64,000 nucleotides of DNA, taken from positions 8,682 through 72,681 of the IMG/VR virus record IMGVR_UViG_3300032278_000002. One strand, given 5' to 3'. The stretch comes from a virus. The position numbers were made by a program, and so were the translations under genes. Under the pieces are notes generated by a model. It did no database searches. It saw only the letters and a list, made by a program, of their open reading frames with translations, and was not told the origin of the DNA. Of the stretch, positions 57,701-64,000 are shown one piece after another; position 1 is the first letter of the stretch, and each line of letters begins with the position of its first letter.

Positions 57701-60700
57701 GGGATATCCGTAGGATGAACCCATCCATGAACGGGGTCGTAGTACGACATGGGAATTATTGCATGGTTCAAGTCCTCGCCCAAATCCTTCATTTCCCGGG
57801 TTATGGGCTCAGTTTTCTTGATTTCCCGTTGCAAGCTGCGGGCGAAATCAATGGAATCAAAAGCGTCCCTGAAGCTTTTGAAGATTATTTCCGGCTCCAC
57901 TTTGCTGAAAATCGTCGCATACGTTATTATTCCCTCCGGGCTATCGTCTCTTGTATTTTCCTTGAAGGTATAGTTCCTGAAAGCTTCCATGGTTTCCACC
58001 GCATCCTCGGGCTCCAGCCCCATTAGGATGTCAAACAGGGTGCTTCCGGTGGCGTCTATTTCCTTCTCGCTGTATTGAAGGTTTTCCAAAGCTAGATCTT
58101 GAATGATCTGTTGCATTTGTTCCGGCGTGGCGTCTCTGGGTATTTCCCGATGTATGGAGTCGGGGGCAAGTAGTTTTGATTTGGCGTTATAAGTCATATG
58201 CCTCTTGCCCTCAGCTTGAAGCCAGCGCCGAATGTCCATGTATACATCAACGTAAAACTTGGTTTCAGGGTCCTCGGAGGCTCGATCGACGGCTAAATCA
58301 AGGGCATCGGAAAAGGGATTCAATACCTCATCAATAGATAGCGTCGGTCTGGCATGGGCCAAAAATTGCTTCTTGCCCCCGAACTCGGGCCTTGAAGTGA
58401 GGGGCTCTGCACCTAATACAACTAGTTGAGTGTGGGCTTGTTGTATATCTATCTCCGCCCGTTCCAATTTCTTGTGCAGGTTTTTCATCTCTTGTTCCTG
58501 CCCGACCTTCACCCCTTTTCCAGCCATGTCATCCAACCTCTTCGTAACGCGGTCGGCGGTCTCATAAGCTTCCTCAAGACGAATGTTCCACGTCTGTACC
58601 TTGGCGTCTTTGGCTGTCTTGCTCAAGACCCCGGTTCCCCCCAATTGTTGAAGCTCCCTGAATTCTCGGGTATCTCGAATGACTTGCCGGTAATTATCCA
58701 AGGGGCGAACTACCCGATTGAAAATCTTTTTAGCAAATTCCTCGTCTCTCCACTCAAAGTCATAATGAGCCACCCTAGCTGTTATTTCAAAGGAGCCCCC
58801 TCCTTCCGAGGGAGGTGTCCTAACTATCTCGGTGGCCGACCTCAAGCTAGACCGGAGGTACAATTTCCCATCCAAATTAATGGCCTCTCCCACGAAATAC
58901 CCCGCGTCATTCACTTCATTCCAATTAATTATGCCCCGCATATCGTCGGATTCCATATACCTCGCATGCGCATAAAATCGTCTTCTGTCGTTTCGTGCAC
59001 GGGAAAGGTTATCACTTATTTCCGCAACCTGCTCTTTAAGCAAAATAGCTAAGTCGGAAGATGCCAGAGGGAGCCCTCTTTCCTGCAACATCTCTAAGTT
59101 TGCCTTTTGTTCTTCGGTAATGACCGTAATCCCCTCCGGATTACGTTGAGTTCCTCTAACCAACGTATCTAGGTCTAGTCTCCGCGCTTCCTTAAGTGCC
59201 TGTTCTTTGCCGGCAACCGGGATGATGGGTATTCGGTGTTCCAGCCGATGTAGTATTTGTTGCTTTTCAGCGAGTTGTTGTTCAAGGGAATCTATCTCGT
59301 TTGAGATCAGATTTTCGTTCTGGCTATCTGAAATCAATTTACCCGTCAAAGGGCCTTTGGAATATTTTTCGGCTGAGTTAAAACTAGCCTTGTTCACGTA
59401 TCTCACAAACTCCCGAACCCTTCCCGTTATGGGATTGGTGACCCGGGTTCGGCCCAGAAAGTCTTCCAAGGATTCGAAATTATAAGGTACTATGCCATAT
59501 TTATCATCCCGTCTTACGGAATGTGGGCCGCCCTGATATACGACACCTTGGTCAGTTACGAGTATGGGAGTTACCAGAGCTCCCTCGAAGCCTTCGTAAG
59601 CGGGCCCCACGGTAGCTCCAATGGGGGTCACTATCCCCTGCATGGGGGCGCCTTTATCAAATACGGGCCCTTCCCAGACCAAGGTACTCAGGTCAAGAGG
59701 CCGGTAATGTTGTTGTGAAACGGGGCCCCCCTCGTCCCAAATCTCATCTTCCAAGGGATACCAAGGAACTTCGTTTCTCTGGGCGTATATTTGTTCCAAA
59801 TCTTGAGTAGCCATTTCTTCCGCGGTCTGCCCCGGTATGGAAGTCCACACCAACATACCACTCCCCTCGGAGACATCCGCGCCCTCTTCGGTCAATTGAG
59901 TTAGGAGGGACTCTCGCCTACTTAAGAAATCACGATACGTAAGGGGCCCCTCCATTTCTTCTTGATTCGGGGCAACGCTGCCGTCGGGCATTTGCATAAC
60001 AGGGGCCAACAGGATGCTCGGAGTGTCTCCTATCATCACTTCTTCCGCTGGCACCGGAACTTCCGCGCCATGGTAAGCGATGGTTTCGGGGATATATCTC
60101 ACTTGATGGAAAAACGAAGGGAAATGGTGCTCTATTATGTCCGCCAACGTCACGTGGGTAGCGGGCTGACGCGCAGCGACTTCCAAAGCTTCGATTTCTT
60201 CGGGCTTGGCACCCTCGGCGATGGCTCGCTCAAGCTCTAATTTCTTTTTGGGATCCCGCACCCAGCCAAATTGTTCCGGCGGCAGGGCTGTCATCTTTTT
60301 CTCTAATTCACCAACTTGTTCATAAAGTACCCATGCCTTTCTGAGGATTGTTTTCTGTTCCTCCAAAGCCCCGGCGCGCGTCTCTCTCAGCTCCTGTATT
60401 TCAAGGAAAACTTCGTCTCTCATCGCCTTTTCTTCGTCAGTCCATGCGAAATCAGGGTGGTCGGCAGGGATAAGGTCCCCTTCGTTAAAGAGTTTTTTCG
60501 GCCTCTTCTTGAACAAGTCGGGATCCTTGGGATCGTATGCCTTCTTTTCATAGACGTTTCTAAGAAAATGCTTCTTCGGGTAAACCCCCATCTCCAACTC
60601 GTCCATGGTGCGCTCTATCATCTCCCCCGCTTCCTTAGCCCGGCCAGCCAACACGTCTGCCAACGTGGCTTCCCTTTCACCCAACGGCATATCCGTTATG

Positions 60701-63700
60701 TAGGTGGGGAGGCTTCCCCACTCTATGACCCTGTCTTTCCATATACGCTCGCCGAACACCGTTTCCCGCACCTTGATTTTTATTTTTTCAGGAACGCCCC
60801 GACCGGTAAGGCGACGGCCCAACCCCCGAGTAGTCATCTCCGCGTTGAGCTCGCTTAATTTTCCATATTTTACTTTCAACTCCTCTTCCAACATCCCGCG
60901 AAGAAGAGTTTCACCTACCTCTTGCTGCTGTATGCCAGCAGAATACACGGCCAAGTCGTCCAGACTCCCCTGCATGAAAAGCCGGTTTACGTCCGTTTGC
61001 CAAGGGCCATCGCCGCCTTCTGCCGGATCTCGAGAGTCATGAGTTATCTGCGCTATCGGAGGCACGTCGGCCTTGGCGCTAGCTTCCGGATCCAACTGCG
61101 CGTAATCTTTCTCTTGGACGACTCCCCCCTGTACATCAAATAGTTGAGGAAACCTCTCGACCATGTTTATGCCGACGCCGCCGAACCTTTTACCCGTCAA
61201 AAGGAACAAGGCGTCGAAAATCTTGGTAACATTCCAGCGTGTGCCTCCCCGCTTCGGGTCGAGAAGTCGATCCAATTGATTGAATACCACGTTTTTGATG
61301 GCATCCAAAGTATTCAAGTTTAGAAAAGTCTCCGGCTCTAGGCCGAAGTTCCGGACGGCTTGGACATATTGTAACTGGTTGTTCTTCGTCAATACGCTTC
61401 GTCTTGACTCAGTCCATGCTCTGGAAAAGAGATCAGCATATGCTTTCCTGACACGTCCTTCGACTTCAAGCAGTTCCGACAAAGCAGTCTTCTTGAAAGA
61501 CTTCTTCAATGCGTCGTATTTAAGGGCGTTTGCTAAATCCGTCCCTGCTTTCTTGGTGGCTAAGTAAAGATTTACTGCCGCATGTCGTATGTAAGTGGAA
61601 TAGGGCTCTTGTGAAAACAACCCCGATTGAAAGCTTTTCCCGGCCAAAGCCTCCCGCACGCCGTGATAATCCGAGAATCCCCCGGGGTCCATTTCTTGAA
61701 GATCCGTGTATATTCTACTAACCAAAAAGTGAGGGAATACATCGAAGTAATCCGGGTTGTCTGGGTCGAAATACAATACGCTGTGAGGATCGTCAGGGTC
61801 ACCCATGTACACCCGCTCGTCTGCCATCGAATCCTCGTAAGCGTCGTTAGCGAGGAATTCCGCCATATCCATTGCGCGATCTGATAAACTTTCTTCGTCT
61901 TCCGCGCCGTCAAATACGGTAGCCATGTTCTTCCCCAATACAGAGGCTTCCGCTTTGTCTCCAATAACTTCCACCATTTGGTTCCAACTCTGCTCGGCGT
62001 CCTTGATCCCGGTGTTGCTGACGTTGCCCGACAACCCAGCGTTGTTTATGAAGCTGGAAAGGTGGTCCTGATGAAATGCGCGGAGAGATATGCGGGCCCG
62101 GTTTATTTGTTTTTCCAGCTCATTGGCGCGGTTGTCTATTGAAACGAAGTCCTCCACGGCATCCGCCTTGACGAACATTCGCTGTTTCATCAACTCGTTC
62201 AGCTCGGCGTTCAAATTCTGTAACTTCTGGTACGCATCCGTGTCTTGCTTTATTTCCTTCCGAACCGTGTCAAGCTCTGTCATGTGAGCTAGCCAATCCT
62301 CGTGGTCTCGGTCTATTCGGCTGAGAAGGGACTCCAGTTCATTAGCCCGCATATGTAATTCGTCTTTGATGTAATGCCGTTGGGCGGGGGGAACTCCCCA
62401 TTTCATTCTGAACTCAAGGTACCGAGTCCTCTCTCCTTGAGCGAACACGTCCATGTGCTCTTTGGTAAGGATTATAATATTGGCTTTCCAGCGCGGATCT
62501 AAAGTAGCCTTCGTTTTAACGGACCCGTCTTCATTGACTATGGTGGTTTCTTTGGAGCGTATGACTCTCCATTTTTTCCTCTTGTGGGTGAACTCGTCGC
62601 TAGTGAGCTTGTCCACGTCGAACCCCGATCTCGTGAACCATTGAACTAGGGCCCCTTTTTCTGCGGGGTCTTGGCCCCTGAAATGTCCAAAACGATCTGA
62701 CCCGTAGGTAATTTCACTGGGCTCGAATGCGCCGTTTTTTACAACGGTGATTCGGACTTTTTCCAAAAAGTCCATAGGCAGCATGTTGAAAAAGTCTCTA
62801 TATTGATCTTCCAGAGAGCCGTCCGATTCCGTAATGAGCCCCAATGCTTCCCGGAAACGCAGGGCGAGGATCTCCCCCTTCAGCGTAGACCCTGAATAAG
62901 TTACGTTTTTCGTGCCCCTTCTAGCTAATTGGTCTTTTTCATCCGGTATGGCGGGTAGGTTCAATATTTTTGATACGTCGTCCTGTGTGAAAAGTCCGAA
63001 AATCAATCCATTTTGAGTGTGAAGAAAATTGTCCACTATGTAGCGGTCGAGTTTGTTAAGTTCGTTGTTCTGGCTCAGTTGGTACGCCTCCGCCAGCAGG
63101 CGATGGAAGGAAGGAGCGAAGTCCGCCTTTGCCCTAATCCCGGGGACACTGAATAAAAACGCCTTGAAATCGTTGAGGTCCCACCACTTACCGGCCCCTT
63201 TGTACTTGCCGAGCCTAGCTGCATATTCTTCTCGGCTTTCTCCTACGTTCATGGAGGGGCCTATAGATTGATTGTCCCGCATGTCCGCCGCTAACATGAC
63301 CACGGCTTGGTGCAGGGCCTTCGCAATGGTGCTCTTTCCGTTCTTCGTAGCAAGGAAGGGGTTGTCCACCGTCTTGTCCCCTATTTGTATTTGAGGGCGA
63401 GTCATCACACGCTCGAATTCCGCCACCCAATCCTCGGGCCCGGAGAGGGTTTTATCCGCAATTTCTTTCGACAACAGGTTGTTGACCTGCTGTCGAGACA
63501 ACACGAGGTCCAAATCAGCCGGGTGGGTAAGCTCCATGACGCCCTGCACGTTCATGGTTTCGAACACCCTCCATAACCGGGAGGCCCCTCGAGAATGCGA
63601 TGGGATGATTCTGGGATCGTACCCCATGTCCATAAGAAGTTGCTTATAGGTAACTCCTTCTTCCAAAGACCCCTCCAGCGTTACGTAATTAGGGCGCCCG

Positions 63701-64000
63701 GAGGACAAGTGAACGTCGAAAGCCTCGGCATCCGAGGGCATCTGGGGGCTCTCGGGCCGAACGGCGCCGGGGCGTCGATATAACAACAAGTCATTCATCA
63801 ACATCGACCGGACTTCCAGTATCTCGCTGTCGATTTGGCCGGCTGTTTCATTAATCTCCTTCTCGGAGCTTAAGTTCTCCATCCCCTGTTCAAGGGCTGC
63901 CTTGATAGTTGGCTTTTCTTCCATGAATCGACCCAATTCAGGGATCCCATGCAACTCCTTCAAGATGGTATCATAAGTTTCAGCCAACTGCTTGAGTCCC
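51736..64000 (-). CDS. Giant internal virion/ejection (polyvalent) protein, N-terminus outside window
   Basis: >4080 aa, frame open to the window end; zincin-like HEVSH with downstream EFF..LSN..F; helical C-terminus with hydrophobic segments. Confidence 0.7.
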   Translation of the reverse strand, partial: GLKQLAETYDTILKELHGIPELGRFMEEKPTIKAALEQGMENLSSEKEINETAGQIDSEILEVRSMLMNDLLLYRRPGAVRPESPQMPSDAEAFDVHLSSGRPNYVTLEGSLEEGVTYKQLLMDMGYDPRIIPSHSRGASRLWRVFETMNVQGVMELTHPADLDLVLSRQQVNNLLSKEIADKTLSGPEDWVAEFERVMTRPQIQIGDKTVDNPFLATKNGKSTIAKALHQAVVMLAADMRDNQSIGPSMNVGESREEYAARLGKYKGAGKWWDLNDFKAFLFSVPGIRAKADFAPSFHRLLAEAYQLSQNNELNKLDRYIVDNFLHTQNGLIFGLFTQDDVSKILNLPAIPDEKDQLARRGTKNVTYSGSTLKGEILALRFREALGLITESDGSLEDQYRDFFNMLPMDFLEKVRITVVKNGAFEPSEITYGSDRFGHFRGQDPAEKGALVQWFTRSGFDVDKLTSDEFTHKRKKWRVIRSKETTIVNEDGSVKTKATLDPRWKANIIILTKEHMDVFAQGERTRYLEFRMKWGVPPAQRHYIKDELHMRANELESLLSRIDRDHEDWLAHMTELDTVRKEIKQDTDAYQKLQNLNAELNELMKQRMFVKADAVEDFVSIDNRANELEKQINRARISLRAFHQDHLSSFINNAGLSGNVSNTGIKDAEQSWNQMVEVIGDKAEASVLGKNMATVFDGAEDEESLSDRAMDMAEFLANDAYEDSMADERVYMGDPDDPHSVLYFDPDNPDYFDVFPHFLVSRIYTDLQEMDPGGFSDYHGVREALAGKSFQSGLFSQEPYSTYIRHAAVNLYLATKKAGTDLANALKYDALKKSFKKTALSELLEVEGRVRKAYADLFSRAWTESRRSVLTKNNQLQYVQAVRNFGLEPETFLNLNTLDAIKNVVFNQLDRLLDPKRGGTRWNVTKIFDALFLLTGKRFGGVGINMVERFPQLFDVQGGVVQEKDYAQLDPEASAKADVPPIAQITHDSRDPAEGGDGPWQTDVNRLFMQGSLDDLAVYSAGIQQQEVGETLLRGMLEEELKVKYGKLSELNAEMTTRGLGRRLTGRGVPEKIKIKVRETVFGERIWKDRVIEWGSLPTYITDMPLGEREATLADVLAGRAKEAGEMIERTMDELEMGVYPKKHFLRNVYEKKAYDPKDPDLFKKRPKKLFNEGDLIPADHPDFAWTDEEKAMRDEVFLEIQELRETRAGALEEQKTILRKAWVLYEQVGELEKKMTALPPEQFGWVRDPKKKLELERAIAEGAKPEEIEALEVAARQPATHVTLADIIEHHFPSFFHQVRYIPETIAYHGAEVPVPAEEVMIGDTPSILLAPVMQMPDGSVAPNQEEMEGPLTYRDFLSRRESLLTQLTEEGADVSEGSGMLVWTSIPGQTAEEMATQDLEQIYAQRNEVPWYPLEDEIWDEGGPVSQQHYRPLDLSTLVWEGPVFDKGAPMQGIVTPIGATVGPAYEGFEGALVTPILVTDQGVVYQGGPHSVRRDDKYGIVPYNFESLEDFLGRTRVTNPITGRVREFVRYVNKASFNSAEKYSKGPLTGKLISDSQNENLISNEIDSLEQQLAEKQQILHRLEHRIPIIPVAGKEQALKEARRLDLDTLVRGTQRNPEGITVITEEQKANLEMLQERGLPLASSDLAILLKEQVAEISDNLSRARNDRRRFYAHARYMESDDMRGIINWNEVNDAGYFVGEAINLDGKLYLRSSLRSATEIVRTPPSEGGGSFEITARVAHYDFEWRDEEFAKKIFNRVVRPLDNYRQVIRDTREFRELQQLGGTGVLSKTAKDAKVQTWNIRLEEAYETADRVTKRLDDMAGKGVKVGQEQEMKNLHKKLERAEIDIQQAHTQLVVLGAEPLTSRPEFGGKKQFLAHARPTLSIDEVLNPFSDALDLAVDRASEDPETKFYVDVYMDIRRWLQAEGKRHMTYNAKSKLLAPDSIHREIPRDATPEQMQQIIQDLALENLQYSEKEIDATGSTLFDILMGLEPEDAVETMEAFRNYTFKENTRDDSPEGIITYATIFSKVEPEIIFKSFRDAFDSIDFARSLQREIKKTEPITREMKDLGEDLNHAIIPMSYYDPVHGWVHPTDIPGMSTAEYLNENVFMPSPDNLPVEFVRPSALRESSLVPISKSPWAQTKGYAHLEGADGNFAKMNAAQLLRGLLQETDREGLTRASDLVNITRSLLLKFQDMAEERGLPFLDGINAYISQSLYHMDKDGEGVRGQSKIWSPDILVHAGHGAYETSVHEVSHQLLNAFRRLEDAERDTRRDYVEGRQQRPRTEAGERLAQSPALGLDPGAAKARAKEATGFYNELKDVFARSKKVWEKQKKSKTEEDQLATEWHREAVDWVFEQDTPDEFFVAMLSNAPFINWMLTRPGGQQRVSMWHELVQSIIDWFKRLLGKDSMVVNSLGEEAYTIAMDISKLVADNWADIPPPDWSKEFHRRRTEEYFGGWFGKDDIEDHSMPYHGETAGGAPVDVPGEMNHKLIRLAINREIIAHAEEWAEELSVLSEDIFEWLGMNKESTDPRKRLAVDMADPLYKTGGLEDTAFLGEMTEAMNDATTVALQKIFQTLLGKKISERNDRLRGLETYKDELSALTEELKLVHGPGRDDGKALLGGISKRVKQLVKRAEMESAINVITSNAAERDNLLEEIGGFASLEETDSLLKKILNRVAGGKEAWETFQALANLTIDWETARPSDVVAAVKNYASDPKMSDNKRFTSAEERTETVDKLEALKANRPLLATLAAIGKHSARIMTMFDVRTVKDAEMKKTLRKRIEALERGDEDYITVRNQLNATATRKTLKTADKLIRVYTEAAHERDKLSKQVDRDERFLELYDTLVEKVNDTVSHYEDELHVIQEYSNIEDDGSYAEYFVLQPQSMDGGLPLILSNPNEDGEEKWVPLPSKIEILEKRMEHRHQKKREPFKLAHLAIADMDLREEAARTRFLKHVSYLKAWLSENMDQKSTALYRQVQAMFDKLFALNLRKNLFEVRSAGFWEGIGRAFEAPIDRLKRTGSVFGWELARRLRVYTDVMLKYSTEAKVWASKMSKAFRRAAHAAGYGNDHVGFHNDIYRPLAIQLNRSPHVESDEAGLEVAEEFWRVPVQRKGANVEVFKVALLNLLHVDGANGKWYNSIRDELGLGVARKGSRTFDPITGQQKMLHGRAVEKGWNTTPLRLKRMDIFHDYEQLTKVDGVETESEPFTTALLEGVEYLLTDPNLAQKFTQDVIDLLIEPLFTEFEFLLPFGRINFHGTVTVPADDSNPDKGNMVIPVEEFLMEKILNKHGEPLDPTGISSLRGLWDNMIGENYGKLSPEAQVGGDQLMMFLDLVALLSEQDSTFEEIPLNERRETVYGKIRKQFLDMRKLKINAEMTEDPNIFNPGAGHFIIDARTNPYIPRKYYDLVPRDEVGTLMSVKKLAITKAFGRDAQEGNRLFAKLQAEIQRRQRKIDLEFGENSSEHYAYMKFARQLVDKNDGIRSVLNKVYNSGQGEMADIPGFIEGLGLIVQGVLAGPRSWLVQSQGQTVMPFFMGGWTKESRKALSQSFKTSGKSVINDWGKVFAMDIATLSKEEQYMKDLIYQTQFENLNWDEYAMADVGYRFAYQNKNKFGINWQRFFRTVGKRLSKGNLMMPWNGFKVWSKATTLGNAVGLMKVYVESARTLAEYFRVNPAVMNNPSFSVIDNPKLLKKLFGKNDRGMKFIAIKSLEYLGKTIDEVARDMVRRNEMGEGILDATMLRGMVLMSQGEMTLDSNINTRPGWTKGNEVGRLAGIITGWSFSQTQRVVDTSRDAQEKAMWGHFALNLALASLPVTLVWAFMLDEFDRKLRGKAPYARQYSTRLGAYKNFQALVEDVDRTGQLGLIGSMMHMALNWTDPKMGVGRGVAMERIFVASMLDNFVTSVRRTWLQGGVDWQTVTRGTPGMSGAIQFLQIANKLGTDLGLPPISPTEFAVTRKLNAKRYLQAAGEQLGLEVRAPIQGMPTEQSYYTSLMLRAAMEDNREDFREFYVEALRRSKEFYDEEDKAVRRSWRSRHPLNNVFRSKPNDKELRRLFSIMPSGGRESVQDAMRLFDKYDKLITSYER

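Noticed and set aside
51736-64000. Virion RNA polymerase (N4- or crAss-type)
   Set aside because: No catalytic motif recognised in the visible part

Overview
Partial genome of a large tailed dsDNA phage (Caudoviricetes, probably podovirus-like), apparently from a circularly permuted assembly; no host genes are evident. Minus strand 1-21.2 kb: tail fibre with YadA-head-like repeats, head genes (probable major capsid, scaffold, portal, TerL, TerS), then a replication module (SF2 helicase, SF3 helicase, AEP primase, PolA, SSB-like protein, DUF2800-like nuclease). 21.3-23.5 kb: RHH regulator, RuvC-like resolvase, DUF1599 and an iteron-rich origin. A probable physical genome end lies at about 23.5 kb. 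Plus strand 23.6-41.9 kb: early region (ORFans, MoxR-type ATPase, vWA/metallopeptidase, DUF3150-like protein, ligase-like NTase, SNF2 helicase, tyrosine recombinase, zinc knuckle). Minus strand 41.9-64 kb: five-gene glycan-modification cluster, lysis-like membrane genes, a Cys-rich tail protein and a >4080-aa virion protein. The most notable features are non-coding: (1) an oriented CCTGTGGAC(A) motif throughout the early region, with a 16/17-bp inverted copy at its far end next to the recombinase; (2) a ~240-nt multi-stem RNA in the first-entering DNA; (3) a ~70-nt sRNA with its own promoter and terminator. All calls come from motif recognition by eye; no database searches were run.
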